A stretch of 64,000 nucleotides of DNA from the human T2T-CHM13v2.0 reference genome, Homo sapiens. Shown here one piece after another: positions 42,031 through 55,369 of the stretch; position 1 is the stretch's first letter, and the number at the start of each line of letters is the position of its first letter. The notes below the pieces were generated by a model that saw only the letters and a list, made by a program, of their open reading frames with translations, was not told the origin of the DNA and did not search any database. The DNA lies in the NCBI RefSeq assembly GCF_009914755.1, contig NC_060928.1; one strand, written 5' to 3'. Made by a program: the position numbers and the translations under genes.

Positions 42031-42149
42031 GAGAGTTCCTTCTTGTTCCATGGACTGGACACAATGAAGATTAACAGTAATTAAGGTCACTTCTGGTTTA
42101 GATGTGCTTTATCTGAGAGGAAAATTCAGCCAGCAAACATACAAAAAGA

Positions 42150-42385
42150 AAGCACAGTGTGAAGTTCGGTGTTAAGAGCTAGTTTGCCTGCGTTTGAACC
42201 CTGCCTGGCTCTGCCATTTCCTACCACTTAACTGCACTGTGGCTGAGTTTTCTGATCTGTAAGGTGGGAATAATAATGATACCTATCTCATAGGGGAATG
42301 AAAGGATCAAATGAGTTCATATTTGTAAAGCAATTTGAAAGAGTGCCTAGCCCACAGTAAGTGCTACATAAGAGTTTGTTAAATG
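42150..42385 (+). mobile_element. MIR in intron 3
   Basis: ggctctgccatttcctaccact...atctgtaaggtgggaataataatgatacctatctcatagg. Confidence 0.8.
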
Positions 42386-42533
42386 AATCTGCAAAAAAAA
42401 AAAAATTACAAAAAGGTACCTAAGGGTCCGGGTGACTATATGCTTCCATCAAGACTAGTGAAGAATGGTTGTTTTTTCCATTCATCCCTACATTTCTTTT
42501 TTTAATAATGATAAACATGCAACTTTTTTGTAG

Positions 42534-42614
42534 CTTTACAACAAATACCCAGATGCTGTGGCCACATGGCTAAACCCTGACCCATCTCAGAAGCAGAATC
42601 TCCTAGCCCCACAG
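42534..42614 (+). CDS. SPP1: Osteopontin exon 4: LYNKYPDAVATWLNPDPSQKQNLLAPQ (skipped in OPN-c)
   Basis: ttttttgtag| acceptor, CAG|GTATTT donor, 81 nt. Confidence 0.98.
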
Positions 42615-42880
42615 GTATTTTTAAACTTCTCATAATTAAACTACAGTGATGAAAGATAGCCACACTCAGGCCATTTGGGCTGCTCAGATGAATCCTGCCT
42701 GCCTGCTGGCAAACATGTGCTTAGGACATTGACTGATCTGCCATGTTGGCTTCTCTCTGTGTTAAGCCATCCACAGATGAGGCTGAAAAATAAAAACTGC
42801 TTTGGATTAAAAAGGTTAACTTTTGAATAAAAAAGCTAGGCATGTGTGATGCGCACTAACACGTGCCATTCCTTCTTCAG

Positions 42881-42922
42881 AATGCTGTGTCCTCTGAAGA
42901 AACCAATGACTTTAAACAAGAG
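42881..42922 (+). CDS. SPP1: Osteopontin exon 5: NAVSSEETNDFKQE (skipped in OPN-b)
   Basis: Consensus branch point CACTAAC 42854-42860, ccttcttcag| acceptor, GAG|GTAAGT donor, 42 nt. Confidence 0.98.
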
Positions 42923-43962
42923 GTAAGTTCTCATTTTCAATCAGAGGCCCATCATGCCTTGAAGAGATGAAAGAAGGCATTGCCTGGATTCTCTTCTGAT
43001 GAAATTTCATTAGCAAGTTTTCCAGCTAATTGGCAGTCTAAAACTTGCTCATAAATAAAACATGTATTTACTAAATATCAGAAATACTAGGTTTCCTCGG
43101 ATAAGTTTAGCATTACAGAAGATGTTTATTAATGCCTGTTATTTGAAACATTAATCTGCTTGCAATTTATTTAAGGTATTTTGTAGATATCTAATATCTA
43201 ATAAGCATCTAATTAATGCATATCAAAGCTAAGATTTTGCCTTTAGGAAAGTTTTCTTTCCTAATAAAATAGTTTATTTGACAACTATTCTTTTTATTAG
43301 GATCATTCATATATTTGCTAAGCAAAGAGTAAATTTATTTTCCTTAAGATTCAATTTGAATATACTAAGAATATTAAAGCAAGTTAGATAAATTACCCAA
43401 TATATTTGTCAATTTGAAATTTGATAGACATTAGTTGTTTAATTCAATGGGCAGTTTTGAGCTGCAGTTTATACACACATGCATAACAGAGTCACCTTTC
43501 AATTATCCATGTTAATAGGAAAGTGGTTATAGATTTTAGTACACACATTAAAATATGGATACTCTTCTCTTTTGATAAATCTCATTTCAAATAAAAAAAC
43601 CAGTCTCATAATTATGTATCTGTATCTATTACATCATTGAATTTAGTAAATAATGTTTAATATGTATAAGGAAAAACAATGTTATTGACATGAAGATTAT
43701 ACTCACATATTTGGCTTGAAAATATCTATAAAAATAATTTCTGTTGCAAAGTAAGAAATGTTCTTCAGAATGTTATTAATCCCTGTGTTAAAAGAGAAAT
43801 TGGAAGATGCTCACTTTAGCTCCTAAAAGCCATGGTATGTACTGTGAATGCAAAGATTCTGAAACTAAATAAAAAGAAAGATAGTAAAAGACTAATGTGC
43901 TATAAAGGCTAAGGGAAAATAAAAACCCATATATTAATTTTCCCGGCCATCTTAATTTTCAG

Positions 43963-44286
43963 ACCCTTCCAAGTAAGTCCAACGAAAGCCATGACCACAT
44001 GGATGATATGGATGATGAAGATGATGATGACCATGTGGACAGCCAGGACTCCATTGACTCGAACGACTCTGATGATGTAGATGACACTGATGATTCTCAC
44101 CAGTCTGATGAGTCTCACCATTCTGATGAATCTGATGAACTGGTCACTGATTTTCCCACGGACCTGCCAGCAACCGAAGTTTTCACTCCAGTTGTCCCCA
44201 CAGTAGACACATATGATGGCCGAGGTGATAGTGTGGTTTATGGACTGAGGTCAAAATCTAAGAAGTTTCGCAGACCTGACATCCAG
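43963..44286 (+). CDS. SPP1: Osteopontin exon 6: poly-Asp tract, ELVTDFP, RGD (44221-44229), SVVYGLR and thrombin site
   Basis: ttttcag| acceptor, CAG|GTAAAT donor, 324 nt; ORF track 43999-44325 shows DDDDDHVDS...[17 protein letters not shown]. Confidence 0.99.
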
Positions 44287-44356
44287 GTAAATCCTTTAAC
44301 AGACACACCTGATGGTTCTGACTAGCGCTCAAGTCTAGGAAACCACAGTTTGCATA

Positions 44357-44408
44357 TTCATTCATTCATTCATCCATTCATTCATCCATTCAGCAAGAAT
44401 TCATTCAT
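44357..44408. repeat. (TTCA/TCCA)n tract, probably L2-tail derived
   Basis: ttcattcattcattcatccattcattcatccattc. Confidence 0.85.
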
Positions 44409-44979
44409 ATTCTACTTTATGACCATTGAATACAAATCTTTTTCTGCTTGGCGGTTTTTGTAAGTCTACATAATTTCTCTCTAGATTTGATTCTCAAACA
44501 CAATTCTACTTTTTGAAATCCTGGATCACTTATTTTCAGATTAAAATAAATGGAAAACACCAATTATTTAAAAAAAATAATGGTCATGTTTTGAAGTTAA
44601 ATACCTAAGAGGAATTGTAGTTGCAAATTACACTGAATCCTTAGTCACAGAATCTGGATTTGACATAGCCTTGCCGTTTACTATTCTCTTTACTTTTTAA
44701 CTAACAATTCACTTCCTCTTTATGTAGGTTTCAATATAATGAAACCTACCTCATAGGTTTCATTACATATGTAAGTGATGTAGTTATTAAACTAAATGAG
44801 ATGACATATGTGAAAGGCCTTGGTAAAGTACTATACAAAGTAACATGCTAGTATTATTTCAGCCAGATTTAGACAATTTTTAGTATAAGATGACCTAAAA
44901 GCTAGAGAGTGGAAAAGGATTACCATATTCCCATCCCTAGCCGTTCATATAATTATTCTTCATTTGTGCCGTGATTCAG

Positions 44980-45384
44980 TACCCTGATGCTACAGACGAG
45001 GACATCACCTCACACATGGAAAGCGAGGAGTTGAATGGTGCATACAAGGCCATCCCCGTTGCCCAGGACCTGAACGCGCCTTCTGATTGGGACAGCCGTG
45101 GGAAGGACAGTTATGAAACGAGTCAGCTGGATGACCAGAGTGCTGAAACCCACAGCCACAAGCAGTCCAGATTATATAAGCGGAAAGCCAATGATGAGAG
45201 CAATGAGCATTCCGATGTGATTGATAGTCAGGAACTTTCCAAAGTCAGCCGTGAATTCCACAGCCATGAATTTCACAGCCATGAAGATATGCTGGTTGTA
45301 GACCCCAAAAGTAAGGAAGAAGATAAACACCTGAAATTTCGTATTTCTCATGAATTAGATAGTGCATCTTCTGAGGTCAATTAA
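44980..45384 (+). CDS. SPP1: Osteopontin exon 7 coding part, [10 protein letters not shown]...[10 protein letters not shown]
   Basis: gattcag| acceptor; ORF track 44971-45384; exons sum to 18+13+27+14+108+134=314 aa. Confidence 0.99.
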   Translation, partial: YPDATDEDITSHMESEELNGAYKAIPVAQDLNAPSDWDSRGKDSYETSQLDDQSAETHSHKQSRLYKRKANDESNEHSDVIDSQELSKVSREFHSHEFHSHEDMLVVDPKSKEEDKHLKFRISHELDSASSEVN

Positions 45385-45898
45385 AAGGAGAAAAAATACA
45401 ATTTCTCACTTTGCATTTAGTCAAAAGAAAAAATGCTTTATAGCAAAATGAAAGAGAACATGAAATGCTTCTTTCTCAGTTTATTGGTTGAATGTGTATC
45501 TATTTGAGTCTGGAAATAACTAATGTGTTTGATAATTAGTTTAGTTTGTGGCTTCATGGAAACTCCCTGTAAACTAAAAGCTTCAGGGTTATGTCTATGT
45601 TCATTCTATAGAAGAAATGCAAACTATCACTGTATTTTAATATTTGTTATTCTCTCATGAATAGAAATTTATGTAGAAGCAAACAAAATACTTTTACCCA
45701 CTTAAAAAGAGAATATAACATTTTATGTCACTATAATCTTTTGTTTTTTAAGTTAGTGTATATTTTGTTGTGATTATCTTTTTGTGGTGTGAATAAATCT
45801 TTTATCTTGAATGTAATAAGAATTTGGTGGTGTCAATTGCTTATTTGTTTTCCCACGGTTGTCCAGCAATTAATAAAACATAACCTTTTTTACTGCCT
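45385..45898 (+). other. SPP1: SPP1 3'UTR (AU-rich)
   Basis: Runs from the stop codon to ~20 nt past the distal AATAAA; an antisense L1 tail starts immediately after. Confidence 0.85.
45792..45877 (+). terminator. SPP1: Tandem polyadenylation signals AATAAA 45792-45797 and 45872-45877
   Basis: Two canonical hexamers, each followed by T/GT-rich sequence. Confidence 0.85.
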
Positions 45899-45904
45899 AT
45901 ATAA

Positions 45905-46362
45905 TGTTTTTAAAGGTTTATTTTGGTTTCAATTGATACATAATAAGTGTACATATTTATGGGGTACGGTGTGATGTTTTGTTACATATATACATTGTAT
46001 AATTATCAAAGGGTAATTATATCCATCACCTGAAACACTTGTCATTTATTTGTGCTGAGAACATTCAATCCTCTTTTCTAGCTATTTTGAAGTATACAAT
46101 ACATTATTATTGACTATAGCCAAGCTACTTTGCAATAGAATACTAGAATTTATTCCTCCTAGCTAACTGTAACTTTGTACCCATTGACTAACCTCCCCTC
46201 ATCCACCTTCCCACTCTCCCAGCCGCTGGTAATCACTATTCTACTCTCTACTTCTATGAGGTCAACTTTTCTAGATTCCACATATGAGTGAGATCATGCA
46301 GTACTCTTCCTTCTGTGCTTGGCTTATTTAACTTAACATCCTCTAGGTTCGCCTATGTTGTC
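45905..46362 (-). mobile_element. L1MA-type 3' end, antisense
   Basis: aattgatacataataagtgtacatatttatggggtac...agattccacatatgagtgagatcatgcagta. Confidence 0.9.
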
Positions 46363-46384
46363 AAAAATACCAAGAGAAAACATG

Positions 46385-47488
46385 CACAAACTATACATCT
46401 AAGAAGGAATTAAAATCCAGAATACATAAGGAACTCAAACAACTTAATATCAAAAAAAAAAAGAAAAAAAAAGACAACTCAAATAATCCAATTTAAAATG
46501 GGCACAAATCTGAATAGACATTTCTCAAAAGAAGACATGCAAATGGCCAACAGGTATACAGAAAAATGCTCAACATCACTAATCACCAGGAAAATGCAAA
46601 TCACAACCACAATGAGATATCATCCCACCCAAGCTAAAATGGCTTTTATCAAAGAGACAAAAAATAACAGACACAGGCCAGGATTCGGGGAAAGAAGGAC
46701 ACTCGTACACTGGTGAGAACTGTAAATTAGTACAGCCACTATGAAAAACTGTATGGAGACTTCTCAAAAAAACAAAAATAGAACTACCATATTATTTAGC
46801 AATCCCACTGCTGAGCATATAACCAAAAGAAAGCAAATCAATATGTGGAAGAGATATCTGAACTTCAATGTTTATGGCAGCACTATTCACAATAGCCAAG
46901 ATGTGCAATAAATGTAAATGTCCCTCATGATGAATAGATAAAGAAAATGTGGTATATACACACAATGGAGTACTATTTGACCATAAAAAGAAATTAAATC
47001 CTGTCATTTGCAGCAACATGGATGGAACTGGAGGTCATTATATTAAGTGAAATAAGACAGGCACAAAAAGACAAATATCGCATGTTCTCACCCATATGTG
47101 GTAGCTAGAAAAGTGGATCACATAGAGATAGACTGTAAATTGGTGGTTCTACAAGAGGCTGGGGAGGGTGAGGGTAAGGGGCAGATGAAGAAAAGTTGAT
47201 TAATGGGTACAAATATACAGTTAGGTAGAAGAAATAGGATCTAGCATTTGACAGTACAGTAGGGTAACTATCAATAATTTACTGTATATACATTTGTTAA
47301 AAACCCTAAAAGACAAGAATTCAAGTGTTCCCAACATAAAGCAAAGATAAATGTTTGAGGAAATGGATATCTCAGTTATGCTCATTGGATCATTACACAC
47401 TATATGCACACACAAAAACATCATATGTGCCCCCAAAATACAGACAACTATTGCATATCAATTTTTTAAATAATCAATAAATTTAAAA
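46385..47488 (+). mobile_element. L1MA-type ORF2 end plus 3'UTR, sense
   Basis: ORF 46498 [33 protein letters not shown] (L1 ORF2 C-terminus); tail ~47480. Confidence 0.92.
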
Positions 47489-47824
47489 GGAAACTATAAA
47501 GATATTAGATAAATACATGAGTGAGTAACTTCACAGTCTGGGTGTGGAGAAACCTCTTCTAATGATGAGAAGACAATGCCATGCCATAGTCCTTGTAGAT
47601 ATCATTAGTCAGGTGCAGCAGCCCCTTAGGCTCCCAGCATACTTGCTGCAGTGGGCACTTCCTCACACTCACCTGCAGGTGATGGCTGGATTGATGGTGT
47701 TGTTCCCACATGCTTGGCAAGGGGCTTGGCACTGTGCTCAAATCCAAGGGCATGACCAAGTTACTCCTGGAATCACTTATTTGAATAGTGGCACTATTTA
47801 ACAACTATTCCCTGCATCACTTCT

Positions 47825-48400
47825 CTATTAGTCAGGGTTCATTCAGAAGACAGAAAAGAGACCAGTCATTTGAACAGGGAAAATTTAATTTAAAGAATTA
47901 TTAACTAGAAAGAGGAGAATAACCAGAGAGAATAAGAGAAATAAGAGAACATTAACAATACCATGGGGCTGAAAGTGCCCATATAAGGAACAACTTGCAA
48001 AAGGAGAGGCCCTCTCCTGAGATTCAGACTTCACTGGAAAGGGTACAGTCACAGCCCAAGGGATGGCAGAGAAGTCTGCTGTGTTATCCTGAGTCAGAGC
48101 TGGTCCACAGTGGTCCAACTGGTGGGCTCAAGTTGGAAAACAAGAGACTTCCCACAGGGGTTCCAGCAGACTGAGGCCAGCAAAGAAGGAAAACCATGGG
48201 GCAGGCCAGCTGAGCAGGAGGCTAGCTGGAGGGTGAGTGCCACAAGGTGCTCTGTGTGCACAGCAGTGTCCCTCCAGTGCCCTCTACTGACAAAGCTTGC
48301 CACTGTGCCAGTTGGCAAAGGAAGCACGTTCACAGGGTCCATCTCCAGCAGTATCACAGAGCAGGGCAGAGACAATGGATTTGGAGCAGGGAGGCACAAA
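47825..48400 (-). mobile_element. Old ERVL-class LTR
   Basis: tattagtcagggttc...gggaaaatttaatttaaagaattattaactag...ccctccagtgccctctactgacaaagctt. Confidence 0.55.
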
Positions 48401-49115
48401 ACTGACAGGGGAAAAGGCTGATTCCTCCTAGACAACAAGAGCACAAAAATGAGCCTGGGACATTTTTTCATGATAGGATGAAAGCAAGCACGAAAGGACA
48501 AAATGGGGTTATATCCAAGGGACCAAAGAGCAGACTTGCAAGGGGCTTCCATTGGCCAAAACTGGCGTAATTTGAGCAATAACAGAATAATGACAGTAAC
48601 GAATTATAACAAATTGAATTTTTAAAATTCCACTAGTATATAGTGATACTACAAAAGAGCATTAAAGAAGGAAAATTCTTCTTTACAGATGAATGCCAGC
48701 TAGTAATAAAACTAGAAGGAATGCTAACATTAAAAAATTATTTCATAACCCACAAGGAAATAATTGAGGAAGTGATCACTAATGAATGTTAAAATTATTG
48801 TGCAGAAGATGATTGAGAACATCTCACCTGGTCTCAGAGTATTCACCTGTTCTCAGAATATTACTCCACAATTATTTAATAATTCCAAAAGAAAGAAAGT
48901 GCTTTCAACCAGAGAGATTTGCAGTCACCGTCTTTAGCCAGTAATTAAATTTAATTTCACAAATGAGACTTGTAGATACATACCACCCAGTGTGAGGCAA
49001 TAAGAAATATGCAACATCATCTAGAAATTTTTGTAAAAAATGTTTACAAAATCAAATGACTAGAAAACAAGCAAATCCAGAATTTGAGCTACTCTATAAT
49101 AGAACTGGTCTGAGC

Positions 49116-49285
49116 TTTTTTTTTTTTTTATCTTTTGAGACGGATTTTCGCTCTTTCACCCAGGCTGGCATGAAGTGGCGAGATCTCGGCTCACTGCAAC
49201 CTCCCCCCGGCCCCGGGTTCAAGTGATTCTCCTGCCTCAGCCTCCCCAGTAGCTGAGATTACAGGCATGAGCCACCGCACCCGGC
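49116..49285 (-). mobile_element. Partial or deleted Alu
   Basis: ttttgagacggattttcgctct...attacaggcatgagccaccgcacccggc; TSD-like gtctga.cttttt. Confidence 0.9.
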
Positions 49286-49305
49286 AGTCTGAACTTTTTA
49301 AAAAG

Positions 49306-49480
49306 CAGAGTTGTTAGATAAAATACAGGATACTGAGTTAAATTTGATTTTCAGATAAATAACAAATTAGCTTTTAGTATGAGCACGGGACATTTTATGC
49401 TAAAAGATGATTCATTGTTTATTTGACATTCAGGTTAACTGAGCATCCTTTTCTAAATTTTCTAAATCTGCCAATCCTAC
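49306..49480. mobile_element. MER53-like hAT element
   Basis: agagttgttagataaaatacaggatac..agttaaatttgattttcagataaa ... aaatctgccaatccta. Confidence 0.7.
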
Positions 49481-49532
49481 AAAAAAGACAATTTGATGAG
49501 AGAAAAAGGGCAAGAGAGGAGATAGTATTCTA

Positions 49533-49988
<456 letters not shown>

Positions 49989-50164
49989 TTAAATGATATT
50001 GTGAAATTACTGATAATTTTCTTAGATGTGATCATTGCATTGTACATGAAAGTGAATGTTCTTACTCTTGAGAGAAGTATAATGAAATATTTAGGGATGA
50101 AGTGCCATGGTTTTTGTAATTTACTTTCCAGCGGTTCAGAAAATAATGACTGGGAGAGGAAATG

Positions 50165-50440
50165 TGAAGATGTAGGTTAGAGGTTACAAAGTAGCAGACA
50201 TGGGGAATAAGCAAGTCTAGAGATCCAGTGTACAACATGAGGACTACTATTAATAAAATTGTACAGTATTTGGGATTTCTGCTAAATGAGTAGATTTTAG
50301 CTGCTCTTGCCACACACATAAAAAAGGCTATCTATAGGAGATGATGGGTATGTTAATTTGCTTCACTACAGAAGCCATTTTACTGTCTATATGTATCCCA
50401 TAACATTATGTTGTATACCTTAAATATACACAATAAAATT
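50165..50440 (+). mobile_element. L1M 3' end
   Basis: gtctagagatccagtgtacaacatgaggactac...gttgtataccttaaatatacacaataaa. Confidence 0.8.
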
Positions 50441-52314
50441 TCTTTTTAGCTTTTTGGAAAGTGGCGACTGAGTCTGTGGGTGCTGCCCCAGGAGTGGGAG
50501 CTATCATACACCCTCCTCTTCCAATCCATGTTGCAACCAATAAAGCCTGTTTCTACAGTGTTAAAAAAAAATTCAACGGTAGGCTGTCATCAGGGGAAAA
50601 AAATTAGTAAGAAGTCAGAAAAAAGGTATACAGAAAGAGAAGAAACTATGGGGAAAAGCATATTATTCTTTTAACTTTTCTCAGGGTTTAAAAATGTTCC
50701 AAAAATTGGAAGTAGGAGGATAGAGCAGGGAGAACAGAAAAATGTACAATGAATAATGTCCATCAGATAGTGTCTCAGACATAGATATAAAAGTCTCAGA
50801 ACAATTCCCTCATTATTCACCTCACAAGATCATAAAAAAGGCATTCATAAATTTTTATAAATAAAAAAAGTGTCAAGACCAATTTCCCATCACCTATGCG
50901 TTTTTCAATAACCCTGTAGATACTCCCTTTGATGCAGGTCTTCTTTAGTCAAACAATCTTTTCATCCCTTGCCCATGGCAATGATATGGCCTAACTGTGA
51001 ATCAAAGTATTTGTCCTGGTTCCTGGCATAGCCTTTTCTCCTCTGCCACCCCCAGTTTTTCAAGTTTCTAGTAACAATTGCTCCAAATCCTGTTTGATTG
51101 CAATTATAGCATAACGGCCAAGTTTCCATGGGATTCAGCTTTGTCAGTGGAGCAAGGCAGAGGCAAAGAACTATAATGAGCAATTCTGATATTGACCTGT
51201 ACTGAGCATGCAAAAAGGACCTTAAAAACCTATTTGTAGACATTAAAGAAAAGATTATTTTCTACTTCACAATTTCATAAGGTAGTTTTTTATACTTCTT
51301 CAATTTAGTAGCTCACTTACTGAAGCATAATTATATTCTCCGCTCAAAACATCCAGAAAGCATGCATTCTCTAAAACATTGCAAGTTGAACTTCAACGTT
51401 ATTTCAATGCAGACTCTTTGACTTATCTATTTTATTCTAAATACCACAGTGACTCGTGTTTCACTAATCCAATGTGATTATTTTAATCCAGAGTGTAGAT
51501 GGATATTGCATATTAGATCCAAATTTCTGATAACATTCCCCCAAAGATGCAAACACGTAAGTCCCAAAGACCTATGTAGCTGAATCTGCTCTTCTAGTCA
51601 CATTGAAAGAGCATAGATCAGCAACCAGAAAGAGAAAAGAGCGGTGGCCTCTGAGGCTCCACCAAAAAAATGTGGGGCAGACCTAAGGGGAAATCTAAAA
51701 GTAGGGTGCCAAAGGTGTCCTTAGTATTACTGACATCATTTATAATGTATCGAGGTTTCATTTTGAAGTTATTGTTGAGTAAAAGAACAAAATTCTTGTA
51801 AGGAAATGATACCGCTAACTTTTTGAAGGTTGGGAGAAAGAGGGAGGGGAGGGCTTACTCTAGGTATAGCTCAAATACTTGAATTTCCCATACATCATCT
51901 TCTTTATCATTCCAGATACAGGCGGTGGAGAGGAAGCAGGGCAGGAGCTGACACCATGCAGAATGCAGCCAGGCTGGACCTCGCGGTGCCTCCTGAGACC
52001 CCTCGGGGGGTGGTGAGGGTCCAATAAATGACCCAAGTTCCAATCTCAGGGAACTAGAAGAAAAGCCAAACAAACCATCATAGGCAGAAGAAGGGAAATA
52101 GTAAAGATATCAGTGAAAACCAATGAAATTGAAAACAGGAAAGCAACAGAGAAAATTAAACAAAAGGCTGGTTTTTGTAAAAAAAAATTAATAAAATTGA
52201 AAATCTTCTAGTGAGATGGACACAGGTAAAAAGAGAGAAGACACAAATCTCCCATATCGGGAATTAAACAGGGGAGATCCCGCAGCCATTAAAGGGCTAA
52301 TAGAGGAAGACTAC

Positions 52315-52773
52315 TGTTATGAGGTGAATGTATTCCCCCAACCCAAAAAGAAATGTTAAAGTCCTAACCCCCAATATCTCAGAATGTGACCTTATTTGGA
52401 AACAGCGTCATTGCAGGTGGAATTAGTTAAGATGAGGTCATCAAGGAGCAGGGTGGGCTCCTAATCCAGTATGATGATGTCCTTATAGGAAGAGGCCATG
52501 TGAGGACTGAGACACACAGGGAGAATGCCATGTGACAACAAAGGCAGAGGTTGGAGTTATGCAGCTACAAACCAAGAAGTACTGCACGTTGCCAGCAGCC
52601 ACCAAAGCTAGAAAGAGACAAGCAAGGATTCTCCCCATGGGTCTCGAGGGAGCATGGCCCTGCTGACTCCTTGATTTCAGGCCCTGGCCTCTAGAACTGT
52701 GAGACAATACATTTCTGTTGTTTTAAACCACCCTGTTTGTGGTACTCATTACAGCAGCCCTGGAAATCCAATA
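52315..52773 (+). mobile_element. MaLR LTR (MLT1C-like) inside L1
   Basis: tgttatgaggtgaatgtattcccc...cagaatgtgaccttatttggaaac...cagcagccctggaaatccaatata. Confidence 0.85.
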
Positions 52774-53533
52774 TACTATGAAAAGCTTTATACTCATAAA
52801 TTCAACGACTTAGAAGAAATTGACCAACCCCTTAAAAACCATAAACTATCAAAACTCAATCAAGAGGAAGCTGATAACCTGGATAGCCTTATAAGTAGTA
52901 AAGAAATTCAATTCATAATTTAAAAGTTCCTAAAAAAGAAATCTCCAGGCCCAGATGGTTTCACCGGAGAATTTTACCAAACATTCACAGAAGAATTAAC
53001 ACTAATTTTACACACTGTCTGTCTTCCAGAAAATAGAAGAGAACACTCTCCAATACACTTTATGAGACCAGAATTACTCTGATATCAAAACCAGACAAAG
53101 ATAGCATCAAAAGAAAAAGAAAGAATAGCATAGATCGATATCTCTCACAAGTGTAGACACAAAAATGTTAGCAAATCAAATTCAACAATAGAAAGAATAA
53201 TGCATCTCCATCAAGGGGGATTTACTCAGGTATGCAAGTGTTGTTCAGTATTTAAAAATCAATATATTTTATTATATCAAGAAGCTAAAGAATAAAAACC
53301 ATGATAATATCAATAATGTGGCTAACGTATTTCACAAAATTCAACATCCATTCAAAATTTACCAAAATACAAAAACAAAAACACCCAGAAACTCTCAGGA
53401 ACAGAGGGGAAGTTCTTCAGCCTTATAAAGAGCATTTGGGAAAATCTACAGCTAACATCATTCTTAAGGACGAATACTTAAGGTTGAATGCTTTTCCTCT
53501 AAGATTGGGAAAAAAGCAAGAATGTCACCTCTT

Positions 53534-53843
53534 GGCCAGGTGCAGTGACTCACGCCTGTAATCCCAGCACTTTGGGTGGCTGAGGCGGGTGGGTCACGAG
53601 GTCAGGAGATCGAGACCATCCTGGCTAACATGGTGAAACTCCGTCTCTATCAAAAATACAAAAAATTAGCCGGGCGTGGTGGCAGGCGCCTGTAGTCCCA
53701 GCCACTCGGGAGGCTGAGGCAGGAGAATGGTGTGAACCCCGGAGGCCGGGAGGCAGAACTTGCAGTGAGCCGAGATCGTGCCACTGCACTCCAGCCTGGG
53801 CAACAGAGCAGAGGGAGAGTCCATCTCAAAAAAAAAGAAAGAA
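53534..53843 (+). mobile_element. AluY/Sc-like inside L1
   Basis: TSD aagaatgtca(c/t)ctctt at 53518 and ~53844. Confidence 0.95.
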
Positions 53844-54185
53844 AAGAATGTCATCTCTTACACTCTTATTCAACATAGCACTAGAAGTTTTATGAACTGT
53901 AATAAGGCAAGAAGAAGAATTAAAAGGCACACCGATTGGAGAAAAGAAAATGAAACTGTCTCTATTTTCAGATAACGTGATTATCTATGTAGAAAACTCT
54001 AAGAAATCTACAAAAACATTCCTAGAACTAAGAGTTTGGTAAGATTGCAAAATACAGATCAGCTCACAAACATCAACTGAATTCCTATATTGTAACAATG
54101 AACAAATGGAAACCAAAATCGAAAACACAATACCATTTACAATTGCTTCAAAGAAAATGAAATATGTAAGTGTCAATCTAATAAA

Positions 54186-54527
54186 GCAGTGACCTTTTTG
54201 GCACCAGGGACCAATTTCATAGAAGACAATTTTTCCATGAACTGGCAGGAGGTGGAGTGGGGAGGATGGTTTGCGGATGAAACTGTTCCACCTCAGATCA
54301 TCAGGCATTAGTTAGATTCTCATAAGGAACATGCAACCTAGACTCCTTGCAGGAGCAGTTCACAATAGGGTTTGTGTTCCTATGAGAATCTAATGCCACT
54401 GATCTGACAGGAGGTGGAGCTCAGGTGGTAATGCCAGCTCGCCCACCACTCCCCTCTCGCTGTGTGGCCCGGTTCCTAAGAGTCCACAGACCAGTACCGG
54501 TTTGTGGCCCGGGGGTTGGAGACCCCT
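54186..54527. mobile_element. MER1B-like hAT-Charlie element inside L1
   Basis: ctttttggcaccagggacc...gaaactgttccacctcagatcatcaggcattag...gggttggagacccctg; taataaag repeated at both ends. Confidence 0.85.
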
Positions 54528-55369
54528 GTAATAAAGCATGTACAGAATCTGTATAAAGAAAGTTACAAAATGCTAATTACAAAAAAGAAGACCTAAATAC
54601 TTGGGGAGACACAACATGTTCACAGATTGGAAGGCTCAACATAGTAAACAGGTCAGTTCTTCCTAAATTGAGCTGTATAGGTTTAACACAATTCTTACCC
54701 AAAAATCATCACCATTTTTTGTAGACATAGAGAAATTTACTCTAAAATTTATATGGGAAGGTAAAGGCTTTAAGAATAACCAAAACAATTTTGAAAAAGA
54801 ACTATAAATCACTCTTTATGATTTTAAGGCTTACTATGTAGCTACAGTAATCAAGAAAGGGTGGTACTGGCAGAAGAATGGAAACATAGATCAATGGAAC
54901 AGACTGGAGAACCCAGAAATATATCTACATAAACATGCCCAATTGTTTTTGACAAAAGAAGGAAAACAATCTAAAAAGGAAGAAGAGATGGTCTTTGCAA
55001 TAAATAGTGTCGGAGCAATTGAATATCCATAGGCAAAAACAAAAACAAAAACAAAACCCTTAACCTCACACTTTATACAAATATTAACTCAAACTGGATC
55101 AAAGACTTAAATGTAAAATATAAAACTGTAAAACTTCTAGAAAAAAAATAGAAGAAAATCTTCAGACCTAGGACTAGGCAAATAGTTCTTAGACTGCACA
55201 CCAAAGGAATAATCCATAAAAAGAAATAATTATAAATTAGACTTCATAAAAATTTAAACCTTTGCTCTGTGAAACTTCCTGCTAAAACGATGAATAGACA
55301 AATCACAGACCGGAGAAAATATTTGCAAACCACACATCCTGCAAAAAACTTTTATCTAGAATATAAAGG

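Noticed and set aside
43909-44121. Hydrophobic antisense ORF (Ile/Val-rich, membrane-like)
   Set aside because: Simply the reverse complement of the GAT/GAC poly-Asp codons in SPP1 exon 6
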